Under the pieces are notes generated by a model. It did no database searches and was not told where the DNA came from. It saw only the letters and a program-made list of their open reading frames with translations. Below, one piece after another: positions 20,333-29,082 of a DNA stretch of 64,000 nt (position 1 is the first letter of the stretch; each line of letters begins with the position of its first letter). The translations under genes were made by a program, and so were the position numbers. Origin of the DNA: a virus. The stretch lies in IMG/VR virus record IMGVR_UViG_3300033146_004475, positions 4,217 through 68,216 of that record. One strand, given 5' to 3'.

Positions 20333-20475
20333 GGGACATAAAAAGTTAGTTAAATTGATATCTGAGGAGTCAACATTGCTGGAAAAAACAACATCCCCTG
20401 CAATAATTAAAAGACACACCAGAATATTAGATTTTTTACTTGAATTACAAATACACACATCAAGGGGGTTAATAC

Positions 20476-21009
20476 ATGAAGAGAATCAATCTTAATTCTT
20501 GCTCTAATGAACTTCATTTTCCAATTACACAAGCATTGCCAACTGAAATTGTTACTGGATTTTTTAAAAGAGTTTGGAATTTTTCAACTTATAAAAGAAA
20601 ATTTAAAGTAAGAAAAGATTATTGTTTATATGTTCCTTCTATTTCAAAATGGATATTTATTCCCAAATATTTTGTTTTTGATGGAGCAAGTGTTCCAAAA
20701 TTCCTTAATTGGTTATATAATCCTACTGGAATGTTATTATTAGGTGCAACTCCACACGACTTTGGATATAGATACAAAGGATTAATTCATATTGACCACA
20801 AAGGAAAATTAAATTTTGTTTCTTATACCAAAAAGGAACTTGATAAGATATTTGGTAATTTATGTTCTTATGAAAGTGGAATGCCTACTGCATCTAATGT
20901 AGCAACTAAAACTTTGGGATTTGTAGGGTTTATTGGGTGGAAACAAAATAGAAAAATAAACCATGTTTTAGAAAAAGATTTTCCTGAATTGTTCGTGCCA
21001 AATAATTAA
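20476..21009 (+). CDS. DUF1353-like protein
   Basis: IPKYFVFDGASVP...HDFGY...ELDKIF motif. Confidence 0.7.
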   Translation: MKRINLNSCSNELHFPITQALPTEIVTGFFKRVWNFSTYKRKFKVRKDYCLYVPSISKWIFIPKYFVFDGASVPKFLNWLYNPTGMLLLGATPHDFGYRYKGLIHIDHKGKLNFVSYTKKELDKIFGNLCSYESGMPTASNVATKTLGFVGFIGWKQNRKINHVLEKDFPELFVPNN

Positions 21010-21115
21010 ATGATAGTTATCAGAAACATAAAAAATGATAGAAGAAAGTTTCTTTACACGGCTTATTTTCCAGAAAGAAGAAAAAAAGAAAGAAGAAAAA
21101 AAGAAAGGAGAAAAA

Positions 21116-21367
21116 ATGGAAGAGTTAATTAATCTCATAATATCAGGGCATTATTCTGATTGGTTTTTTGATACATTTTTAACACAATTTACCATAGCAA
21201 TAAAAAATAATTTAGCGTTTCTTTTATTATTTGCTATGGTTTTCAAAAAATTATCCAAACTTACAACGAACAACTTAGATGATAAAATCATAGATTGGAT
21301 AATTGTTAAATTAATAGGATTTAAAAATCCAACAAAAGAAGGAGAAAAACATGAACTTGAAAAGTAA
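21116..21367 (+). CDS. Holin-like membrane protein
   Basis: AAGGAG RBS before ATG 21116; hydrophobic helix followed by LTTNNLDDKI. Confidence 0.55.
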   Translation: MEELINLIISGHYSDWFFDTFLTQFTIAIKNNLAFLLLFAMVFKKLSKLTTNNLDDKIIDWIIVKLIGFKNPTKEGEKHELEK

Positions 21368-21719
21368 AGCGGTCTTGTATTATCTATTGATTATTTGTTT
21401 GATGGTGGTGCAGGGATGTGTTATGTCGAATAAGAAAAATATAACAACTGCATACAGTGTGTATAATTCTCAATATGCAATGTACATGACTGACACAGGG
21501 CATGTATTGACTGAGAGAGGGGATTGGGAAAAAGTCACTAACCCTGTTTTATCTACGGAGAAAAAAGAGTTACTTAGGAAAAAGAAAAATATTCTAAGTC
21601 AAATTTATCCATTAATAAAAGTATATGATTCTATGTTAATTGGGACAACTCCTTTTTCTGAAAAAACTGAACGTGATTTATTTAATTTAATTGACCAATT
21701 AATTTTATTGACTAATTAA
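21351..21719 (+). CDS. Lipoprotein (possible spanin-type lysis protein)
   Basis: Signal peptide ending VVQGC lipobox. Confidence 0.55.
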   Translation: MNLKSKAVLYYLLIICLMVVQGCVMSNKKNITTAYSVYNSQYAMYMTDTGHVLTERGDWEKVTNPVLSTEKKELLRKKKNILSQIYPLIKVYDSMLIGTTPFSEKTERDLFNLIDQLILLTN

Positions 21720-21745
21720 TTTTATTGGCCAATTAAGGAGGAAGT

Positions 21746-21904
21746 ATGGGACCAGCAATTGTAGAACTTTTGAAAATGTCCATTGGGGTTTATTTTTCTT
21801 TGGCTAAGTTGCATGGTGCTTCGGAAGCTGAATTAGATGCAATTTATCAAACAGAGAAAGATAAATTCGAGAACAATGATCCAAGTAAATTAGAAGATGT
21901 ATAA
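21746..21904 (+). CDS. Small hypothetical protein (52 aa, absent from ORF track)
   Basis: AAGGAGG RBS; MGPAIVELLKMSIGVYFSLAKLHG...LEDV*. Confidence 0.65.
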   Translation: MGPAIVELLKMSIGVYFSLAKLHGASEAELDAIYQTEKDKFENNDPSKLEDV

Positions 21905-21946
21905 CGCTTTTAAAGCACTTTTATAGAAAACTGATACTAACATACT

Positions 21947-21994
21947 AAAACACGCTCAATCTCTTTAAAAACATAACAGAATTGAGCGTGTTTT
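21947..21994. terminator. Bidirectional terminator between convergent arms
   Basis: AAAACACGCTCAAT ... ATTGAGCGTGTTTT, 14-bp arms at the strand switch. Confidence 0.75.
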
Positions 21995-22010
21995 GTTATT
22001 TTGAACTATT

Positions 22011-22397
22011 TTAAAATTTCTTTTCTACATTTAACTTCTCTTTTGCATTTTCAAACAATTTAAAAGGACGATCATCTAATTCATCAGGATTTACTTTTAG
22101 AGAATTATACATGGATAAAATACAAAATATTGCAGCACCTAAATGATGCTTTTTTATATTGTGTTTAGTTAATGTCTCCTCATCATAATCTTCCCCATGA
22201 AAATAAAAAGCTGTCATGTGTCGATCTAAAGCATCTTTCATATCAGAGAGTTTGAATCCTATTCTCCAAGATTCTCTGAAATACTTTATAAGACCTTCAC
22301 GATAAGCAGGTTCCAATATTTCAATAAGCAAATCCATTGGCAAAAGACTTGGCTGTGGTTTCCCTTCTTCTATATTATTTTTGGGGGCTGTTATCAT
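22011..22397 (-). CDS. dATP/dGTP diphosphohydrolase-domain (DUF5664-like) protein
   Basis: KPQPSLLP...GLIKY...SWRIG...DALDRH...GEDYDEE...HHLGAA pattern. Confidence 0.7.
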   Translation of the reverse strand: MITAPKNNIEEGKPQPSLLPMDLLIEILEPAYREGLIKYFRESWRIGFKLSDMKDALDRHMTAFYFHGEDYDEETLTKHNIKKHHLGAAIFCILSMYNSLKVNPDELDDRPFKLFENAKEKLNVEKKF

Positions 22398-22822
22398 TTT
22401 TTGATCCTTTTTTTCTTGGCTTCCCTATCAAACTTAGCAAAGACTTTATGAGGGATAAGAAGTTTATCTTCTTTATCTACAAAAACATAACATCCATCAG
22501 CAATAGTATCAGTTTTTGTAAGTTTCCTTTTGAACTTTAAAATGATCTTCTTAGGACTTATGCTCTGCATTTCAAAAACATGCCTTTTAAGAACAATAAA
22601 CTCATGCAATTTATCAAATTTGGGTAAAGCACTGAATTTAAGGTTTATGTCTTTTTTATTTTTTTGTTTTTTAATAATTTCATCGGCCATAACTTCAACA
22701 TCTTTAAGAATCGAATCATCAATTGGATTATAAAATTCACAATGAATACTACAGTGTTCTTCTGTGATAAAATTTATACAGTCTCCATCAAATTTACATG
22801 GTACAGGAGTTTGGTCTGACAT
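22394..22822 (-). CDS. Hypothetical protein with N-terminal Cys cluster
   Basis: CKFDGDC...HCSIHC. Confidence 0.5.
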   Translation of the reverse strand: MSDQTPVPCKFDGDCINFITEEHCSIHCEFYNPIDDSILKDVEVMADEIIKKQKNKKDINLKFSALPKFDKLHEFIVLKRHVFEMQSISPKKIILKFKRKLTKTDTIADGCYVFVDKEDKLLIPHKVFAKFDREAKKKRIKK

Positions 22823-22824
22823 TT

Positions 22825-23259
22825 TTATTCCCCTTTATTTAAAAAATTAAGTGCAACTAAATATTTGTCATTTCTGATTAAATCTCTTTTGGATATTTCT
22901 TTTAGTCGGGATAAATCCATATTGTCTTTAAGATCTGCTATTTTTACTTGTTTTGCGATATTATGGTTTTTTAGATTTTTTATATATTCCATATAATCAA
23001 CATTTGGATTCTTTGTTAGTAATATTACCGCATCAATTATTTCAGTGCAAAATCTTTCACTTATTAAATCTTTCACTTCCCAATTTGAATCTTCTAACAC
23101 ATCATGCAACAAAGCTGTTATTTTTTCATTTACACCTTTGACATTGTTCATAACAGATATAGGATGAAAACAATAAGGCATTCCACCTTTGTCACACTGG
23201 TGTTTGTGTGCATCAACACAAATACGCAAAGCCTGGACTAATTCATTGTTTTTATTCAT
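22825..23259 (-). CDS. HD-domain small alarmone hydrolase-like (RelA/SpoT HD) protein
   Basis: AHKHQ.DK.G.PY..HP...ALLHDVLED...VKIADLKDN. Confidence 0.75.
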   Translation of the reverse strand: MNKNNELVQALRICVDAHKHQCDKGGMPYCFHPISVMNNVKGVNEKITALLHDVLEDSNWEVKDLISERFCTEIIDAVILLTKNPNVDYMEYIKNLKNHNIAKQVKIADLKDNMDLSRLKEISKRDLIRNDKYLVALNFLNKGE

Positions 23260-23262
23260 TGT

Positions 23263-23736
23263 TTAGATTTCCTTTTTAATAAAATCATTAGTGGTAAATA
23301 CTCTTGCTAAAGAAGTCATTGACCCTAATTTGTGTAATTCTTCCGGCACACTTTCCAATTCAACCAGTCCAAGCACAATTTTATCAATTAATCTTTTTCC
23401 TTCAAGAGTTACTTCCTGCATAAGCTCTTCTGTTTTGTTTTTAATACGATCATTATAGGTTATTTTTTCAACCTGTGTTGTTGTTTTGGGATATTTAAAA
23501 CACATAAGCAATGCTTCAAAACAGTTATTATATGCGTATTTAGATATACCTAGTAATTCGTGTTCTGATAAAATTGTTGCTTTCCCTTCACAAATTAAAT
23601 TATATTTTTTAGTATTAGTTAACCCTGTTCCTTTTTGGAGACGATTTAATTTTGTAGCAATTTCTCCATTAGTGCATTTAACTATGTTCTCAACTCTGTT
23701 TTTGATATGCTCTAATTCCCCTTTGTTTAATTTCAT
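23263..23736 (-). CDS. Hypothetical protein
   Basis: AAGGAG RBS; 157 aa. Confidence 0.55.
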   Translation of the reverse strand: MKLNKGELEHIKNRVENIVKCTNGEIATKLNRLQKGTGLTNTKKYNLICEGKATILSEHELLGISKYAYNNCFEALLMCFKYPKTTTQVEKITYNDRIKNKTEELMQEVTLEGKRLIDKIVLGLVELESVPEELHKLGSMTSLARVFTTNDFIKKEI

Positions 23737-23753
23737 TTTTTAATCTCCTTTAA

Positions 23754-23963
23754 TTAGTTAAGTTCAAGCCATCCTCGCCATCTGATTTGGATAGGAATTT
23801 GTAATTTATAAAAACCAACTTTTCCATTAGCACCTAATTTCCATCCTTTCTTTTTATAAAATCCTACTTGATCAGCACATTCTCCACAAAGTCTATCATT
23901 TCCATATAATCGAATGGGGTTTATTTTCCCGCAATTGTCACATTTTCTTATCCATTTTTTCAT
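23754..23963 (-). CDS. Small zinc-finger protein
   Basis: CDNC...CGEC. Confidence 0.5.
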   Translation of the reverse strand: MKKWIRKCDNCGKINPIRLYGNDRLCGECADQVGFYKKKGWKLGANGKVGFYKLQIPIQIRWRGWLELN

Positions 23964-23965
23964 TT

Positions 23966-24121
23966 TTATCCCCCTATTCTTAATTTGGCCAATTCTTCAA
24001 CATAACCATAAATATGGAGTCCTTTGCTACTTGCACAAATTGGACCAGATTTGACTCCTATTTCGTCAGCCATCGTTTTTTGAAGAACAGCAATTCCCGC
24101 CAAGTTTGCAGGAAAACCATT
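23966..24121 (-). pseudogene. C-terminal remnant of ThyA-type thymidylate synthase
   Basis: Start-less frame NGFPANLAGIAVLQKTMADEIGVKSGPICASSKGLHIYGYVEELAKLRIGG* beginning at the thyX stop. Confidence 0.7.
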
Positions 24122-24746
24122 AGGATAAATCATCAAACACCACCGGCAATTGTTGTTTTAATTTTATAAGTAAAGGCTCCATTAGTTTTCTTATTTGAGG
24201 ATGAGCAGCTTTTGAGGTTCTGAGTTTGAAAATGTGCCTCCATTCTCTAATGTTAGCCTTAACAACTATTTCAGTTTTAAGTGAATTAGGTAAAACTTCT
24301 CGTGCTTGTTCTGGTCTCCATCCTTTATTTATAAGATTAATATAATGACGTTCTGCTGATTCCATAGCATGAATCCATTCTAATTCAGGAGATTCTATCT
24401 GTGGAGTAGTGTTGATTTCGTCGGTAAAATTGCCCCAAACAGGCTTGATAAATTCAACTCCCTTTTTATAATTTACATAACGAGTAGATTCTTGTCCGAA
24501 ACTGCATAATCTATGACGGACAAGTTCATGTGTAACTCCTCTATTGGTGATAAATTTAACTATTATATCCCCAAATTCTATCATTGCATGATGCCCTCTA
24601 TTTATTAACATTTGGGTAAATTTTGAGGATGAGTTTGTTGTTATCTTATTTTCGGATTTGTAACAAGTTCTTCCAACGATTTCAATGGTTTCTAATACAT
24701 CATTAGGTAAACTAATAATTTTATGGCTTTGATTGATTATTTTCAT
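24120..24746 (-). CDS. thyX: FAD-dependent thymidylate synthase
   Basis: THELVRHRLCSFGQESTRY signature; AREVLPNSLKTE. Confidence 0.95.
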   Translation of the reverse strand: MKIINQSHKIISLPNDVLETIEIVGRTCYKSENKITTNSSSKFTQMLINRGHHAMIEFGDIIVKFITNRGVTHELVRHRLCSFGQESTRYVNYKKGVEFIKPVWGNFTDEINTTPQIESPELEWIHAMESAERHYINLINKGWRPEQAREVLPNSLKTEIVVKANIREWRHIFKLRTSKAAHPQIRKLMEPLLIKLKQQLPVVFDDLS

Positions 24747-24798
24747 TTTTTTCTCCTTTAAATGTGTTTCTGTATATTTCTATGAATAATGTAACACT

Positions 24799-25017
24799 TT
24801 ATTCCAAAAACGCTTCATCTCCTAACTCCTTTCTGATTGTTTCCCGGTTAAATTTACGCCTTTTCTGTTTTACTTTTTTTCCTGATTTAACTCCTTTTAT
24901 TTTAAATGTTTTTTTCCAATTATGTTTACTTTCTTCATATGAACCCCAAGTTGGATGTTTGCCTTTTTTAGAAGCAAATGTTGGATTCATTTTTTCCCTA
25001 TTTTGGTTTTTATTCAT
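24799..25017 (-). CDS. Basic hypothetical protein
   Basis: 72 aa ORF in operon orientation. Confidence 0.4.
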   Translation of the reverse strand: MNKNQNREKMNPTFASKKGKHPTWGSYEESKHNWKKTFKIKGVKSGKKVKQKRRKFNRETIRKELGDEAFLE

Positions 25018-25028
25018 AATCTTCGTTC

Positions 25029-25376
25029 CTATTTAAGCATAAAAAATATCAATCCTAATAATCCGAAAAACATTAAAAGTAAACAAGAAACTACGATTTT
25101 ATTAGTTAAATGAATAACTTGTCTATTTCTCATACGAGTATTCCAGTCATTCATTTGTGATTCTTGTGTAAATTTCTTCTGAAATTCTTTTAATTCTCGA
25201 ACAAAAACTAATGATTCATTGCTAAAAGCAGAATAAACAACTACTTGATTATATCCTCTGTGATTTATTGCATCATAAGCAATAATGATTATTTTATAAT
25301 TCATGTTATTTTTTTTATTTTTCCAGATGGTGTCCTTGTATTTTATATTTAGTGTCCTGATACTTTGATGATTCAT
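25029..25376 (-). CDS. DUF1653-like protein with C-terminal TM helix
   Basis: YKIIIIA...VVVYSA...VFVRELKEFQKKF; AAGGAG RBS before ATG 25376. Confidence 0.5.
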   Translation of the reverse strand: MNHQSIRTLNIKYKDTIWKNKKNNMNYKIIIIAYDAINHRGYNQVVVYSAFSNESLVFVRELKEFQKKFTQESQMNDWNTRMRNRQVIHLTNKIVVSCLLLMFFGLLGLIFFMLK

Positions 25377-25386
25377 TTTTAACTCC

Positions 25387-25800
25387 TTAAAAAATATATT
25401 GTATCTTTTCTTTATCACAAAACATGATTGCTTCTCTTTGTGTTTTAAAGGAATTAAGCCAAAATCCATCAAAATCAGATACAGAATATTGCCATATACC
25501 TGTTTCATTATTATGATAAATTTCAACATTTTGATTAGTGGATCTAATTCTTTTAATTCTTTCCTCTATTTCAAACTCTAAAGAGTATCCTTGTATATCT
25601 TCATAATCTTTATTGGTTGTATCAAATGAGCAATAGTTAAGGTCAATGAGAGTTAAAATAACATTTTCTAAATGTTCCTGGCCAATGGTTCCAAATTCTT
25701 GAGTAGCAGCACATTTTTTCTGTATCATTTCTAATTCAGAATAATCCACTTGCCATTCTTTTTTATTTCCAAATGTGTCCGCTTTTTTAAATTTTTTCAT
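25387..25800 (-). CDS. Hypothetical protein
   Basis: ORF in operon orientation. Confidence 0.5.
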   Translation of the reverse strand: MKKFKKADTFGNKKEWQVDYSELEMIQKKCAATQEFGTIGQEHLENVILTLIDLNYCSFDTTNKDYEDIQGYSLEFEIEERIKRIRSTNQNVEIYHNNETGIWQYSVSDFDGFWLNSFKTQREAIMFCDKEKIQYIF

Positions 25801-26125
25801 CGTTTTTCCTTTTTGATTCTTTGAATCGTTTAATTAGTTCAGGTACATAAAATCTCCAAATAGCATCATTATAGCTTTTTGCTATTTCATATTTTCCAAG
25901 TTTGTGTTTCCCAATTTGATTTAATGAATACTCCATACATTTGAGAAAAGCATCATCATCCAATAATTCTTGCAAAAGGCGTTGTTCATAGCTATTTATC
26001 CTAAGTAAACTATATTCTGAATCAGTCATAGGGTGCCCCTTTTCAACTCTTTCTATTACCCAGGAACGAACATGCTTCATAAATTCAGTTTTTCGTTTTT
26101 CTTGTAATTTTTTTAAAAAATTCAT
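25787..26125 (-). CDS. Hypothetical protein
   Basis: AAGGAG RBS. Confidence 0.5.
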   Translation of the reverse strand: MNFLKKLQEKRKTEFMKHVRSWVIERVEKGHPMTDSEYSLLRINSYEQRLLQELLDDDAFLKCMEYSLNQIGKHKLGKYEIAKSYNDAIWRFYVPELIKRFKESKRKNDEKI

Positions 26126-26349
26126 TTTTCCTCCTTAAAATAATAACATGAAAAATTAGCAGTAAAATGTAAATAATGTATTTTGTTTTTGGTTGTTCTT
26201 ATATAGTTTATGTATTTTACACACTCTCCTTTTAAAGGGGAGCTTACATAAGGAGATAAGTACAAATTGTTTTTAAGTTTTTGTTTTTGGACTTCTTTTT
26301 TATCCCCTAACCAATATTGGCAATTTAAACAAATCTTAGGTTTTCTCAT
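26122..26349 (-). CDS. Small Cys-containing protein
   Basis: CLNCQYW...GEC...FSC pattern. Confidence 0.5.
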   Translation of the reverse strand: MRKPKICLNCQYWLGDKKEVQKQKLKNNLYLSPYVSSPLKGECVKYINYIRTTKNKIHYLHFTANFSCYYFKEEK

Positions 26350-26605
26350 ATATTCTTCTTTGTCCTCGTTTAAAACCAGAATTAGCTATTGGTTGTTTGA
26401 TATGATATTTACTGGTTACTTTCTTATTTATTTTCTTTATTGTTGTTTTTTTGATAGTGTCCATTTTTGGGAAATCTATTTCGTTTTTAAAAAATAACCA
26501 TTTAATGTTGAAATTGTTGTATGAAGGGCAATACATATTTCCATCTCCTGGTGTAGCAGTATCAGATTTAGGTGGATAATTGGTCATTGTTGATGAAGAA
26601 TCCAT
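26336..26605 (-). CDS. Hypothetical protein
   Basis: Coupled ORF. Confidence 0.45.
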   Translation of the reverse strand: MDSSSTMTNYPPKSDTATPGDGNMYCPSYNNFNIKWLFFKNEIDFPKMDTIKKTTIKKINKKVTSKYHIKQPIANSGFKRGQRRIYEKT

Positions 26606-26607
26606 AA

Positions 26608-26952
26608 TTAGGTTTGTCTATCAGAAGTAATCAAAGCTTTTGCTATCCACTCAATTGCTTGTTCCCTACAAATATGAAAAACTCCTTCAGCATCTCTTGG
26701 ATCTATTGCCCATAATCGAATGTGGATTAATTCATGGACTAAATCTAATTCTGGATCATTCTCTGCCGAATCCGATTTTTGTCGATCATTTAAAGCTTTT
26801 ATTCTGATATCTGCCATCTGAACTTGATTTTGTAAATATGTACTTCCTAAATTATCATTCATATTTCTTGCAGTGTCGAATTTAATAGTAATATTCCAAT
26901 CAGAAAGTCCCAATCTTGATTGCCATTTTTTTAACATTTTTTCAAGATCCAT
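26608..26952 (-). CDS. HExxH metallopeptidase-like protein
   Basis: WQSRLGLSDW...LVHELIH. Confidence 0.6.
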   Translation of the reverse strand: MDLEKMLKKWQSRLGLSDWNITIKFDTARNMNDNLGSTYLQNQVQMADIRIKALNDRQKSDSAENDPELDLVHELIHIRLWAIDPRDAEGVFHICREQAIEWIAKALITSDRQT

Positions 26953-27171
26953 TTATTTGTCCTTTTTAATAGATGTAACGGTTTTTGAAATTTCGTTTGA
27001 AATCATCATCTGTAAAGAAAGAATATTCCCTGCAATTATAGTTTTTCGGTTTAAAACCTCATTATACTCTTTCCTTTTTTGTTTTTTTATTTCAAGTAAT
27101 TCTTCTTCTGTTTTCAAAAGCAAATCTTGATAAGTGTAAATTATTGGAGCATTAACTGATTTTATCGACAC
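26953..27171 (-). CDS. Small coiled-coil protein
   Basis: 72 aa, overlaps gp46 C-half end. Confidence 0.45.
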   Translation of the reverse strand: MSIKSVNAPIIYTYQDLLLKTEEELLEIKKQKRKEYNEVLNRKTIIAGNILSLQMMISNEISKTVTSIKKDK

Positions 27172-27757
27172 GACTAATTCCTCCTTGTTTTGTTACTTTA
27201 AATTTTTTATCAGCATACATTGCCATATTTACAGAATGAGTTACAATTAAAAATTGAATGCCCTTTCCAACTTTACTTAACTCTTTAATCATCATGGAAG
27301 CTCTTTCGTGTTTTGCAAGGGACAAGGCACGGGTTGGTTCATCCAAAATAAGTACATTTCTTGAATCACTCTCCATTTTCCAGTAAGCAACTCTTAAAGC
27401 TAATGAAGTTATATCAGCTACTCCGTATCCACAAGAGTTTAAAGGTGATAGTTTATTGCCATTTTTTTCAAAAAAAAGATCACATTCAGTTGAATTTCTC
27501 CTTTGTACAAAATCAACTACAAATTTATAAGGATCATCAAAAACAGCAGCTAAAGCACTGGAAACAATTGATTCTACTTTATTTGATAATTGGGATTGTG
27601 TTACTTGTGCTGCCTTTTGCACAATAACACGAGCTTCTTCCAAGTTTTCAAGTTCTGAAAGGTTTTTTTCTAATTCATTTGTGGTCTTTTTGATCATTTT
27701 AGAAATTACTTTCCTATCTTGAATACACTCATTAAGTTTTTCTAATAAATTTTTCAT
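27152..27757 (-). CDS. Rad50/SbcC/gp46-like ATPase, C-terminal half
   Basis: Degenerate signature SCGYG...SLALR; Walker B LILDEP; H-loop IVTH. Confidence 0.85.
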   Translation of the reverse strand: MKNLLEKLNECIQDRKVISKMIKKTTNELEKNLSELENLEEARVIVQKAAQVTQSQLSNKVESIVSSALAAVFDDPYKFVVDFVQRRNSTECDLFFEKNGNKLSPLNSCGYGVADITSLALRVAYWKMESDSRNVLILDEPTRALSLAKHERASMMIKELSKVGKGIQFLIVTHSVNMAMYADKKFKVTKQGGISRVDKIS

Positions 27758-27930
27758 ATTGGAAGATATATATACATATAATTATACATTGTTTTAGCTG
27801 CTTTTTTCCTTTTATATTTTTGAACATATTCTTCCATAGCAGCATCGAATATTTGTCTTTCTTTTTTTGTGAGTAAAACACCTACATCATGTTTTCCTCC
27901 ATTTGGACAAGTTAATTCAATTATTTTCAT
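27754..27930 (-). CDS. Small hypothetical protein (58 aa, absent from ORF track)
   Basis: GAGG RBS; MKIIELTCPNGGKHDVG...; ATGA overlap with next gene. Confidence 0.5.
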   Translation of the reverse strand: MKIIELTCPNGGKHDVGVLLTKKERQIFDAAMEEYVQKYKRKKAAKTMYNYMYIYLPI

Positions 27931-27941
27931 AAATCACCTCT

Positions 27942-28169
27942 TTAAAGTAAATGTTCATATTGTTTTTTAAATTTATCAACTCCTGCATCGTAGTATTTTT
28001 CCATTTTCTGCAATTTTAATTTCATTTTCTTTTTTTCTTTTTTAGCAGCTTCAAGAGAATTAAAACCTAACTTTTTAAGACTCTCAACAAGCATAGATTT
28101 TTGGCCTAATAATTGGTTATACTCTTGTTCTGCATCTTGAATTTTCTGTTTAATTTGAATTAAATTCAT
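27942..28169 (-). CDS. Small coiled-coil protein
   Basis: Heptad-rich; ATGA coupled to nuclease gene. Confidence 0.55.
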   Translation of the reverse strand: MNLIQIKQKIQDAEQEYNQLLGQKSMLVESLKKLGFNSLEAAKKEKKKMKLKLQKMEKYYDAGVDKFKKQYEHLL

Positions 28170-29080
28170 TTACTTATCCTTTCCATTGTTTGGTTAATTA
28201 GTTCTTTAACTGCTTTAGATGGATCTGCTTGTTCTATCACACTGGATAAAATTCGTTTAAAATTAGGTCGTTCTTGATCAGTTTTTGGCAAAGAGTTAAT
28301 AAATTTTGATATTTTTGCTTCTGCTTCTTTTTTAGCTTCTTTCTTCATTTCTTCAATGGTAATTTTTGAAAAGTCGAAAACATCATCAGGATCTTCAATA
28401 TGTAAATGTATTCTGTCAAATTTCCAACCCTTTGTATCTATCAAATAAACTCCCGGTTTAAAATCTATTTGATCTTTGCTGGATCTCATCATACTTCCAC
28501 AATTTATTTGATATCTGCCTTCTCCTGTTACGATATGAGGCAAGTGGTTATCTCCACTCACTATTACTTTTGCCCAAGGGTACTTTCTCATTATTGCAGC
28601 AGCAGTGGAGAAATCTTTTTGACCTGGCCATAGTTCTCCTTTATACGTTATCATCCTATGAGTTATCAAAATATCAGCTTCTTCTTGTGGTTCATCATTC
28701 CACCCTGATCCAATAAATGAAATTCCATAATACTTTGTTTTCATTGTACTGGATAAAATTTTTATAACTCCAGCAGCTTGTAAAATTCCTAATGGAGTAT
28801 TGTCTAATCCTCCTACATGGAATAACAAATCGTGCTGCCCTGGAACAACATAGATATCAACATCATACTTTTTAATAATTTCAATTATCTTTTTTACAAC
28901 ATAATAAGGAGCTTTTGCTGAATCAAAAAAGTCTCCAGCAACAAATAATAATCCGCTGTTATTTTCTGTTATCTGCAAAATTTCTCTAAACTTAGTTAAT
29001 ACTTGAGAAAAATAATCACCTTTTCTACTTATTGGATTTTTTGATCGTATATGTAAATCTGCTGCAACAATGATTTTCAT
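28166..29080 (-). CDS. Mre11/SbcD/gp47-like metallophosphoesterase nuclease
   Basis: ADLH, AGDFFD, PGQHD, ITH, SGDNH motifs. Confidence 0.9.
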   Translation of the reverse strand: MKIIVAADLHIRSKNPISRKGDYFSQVLTKFREILQITENNSGLLFVAGDFFDSAKAPYYVVKKIIEIIKKYDVDIYVVPGQHDLLFHVGGLDNTPLGILQAAGVIKILSSTMKTKYYGISFIGSGWNDEPQEEADILITHRMITYKGELWPGQKDFSTAAAIMRKYPWAKVIVSGDNHLPHIVTGEGRYQINCGSMMRSSKDQIDFKPGVYLIDTKGWKFDRIHLHIEDPDDVFDFSKITIEEMKKEAKKEAEAKISKFINSLPKTDQERPNFKRILSSVIEQADPSKAVKELINQTMERISK

Positions 29081-29082
29081 TT

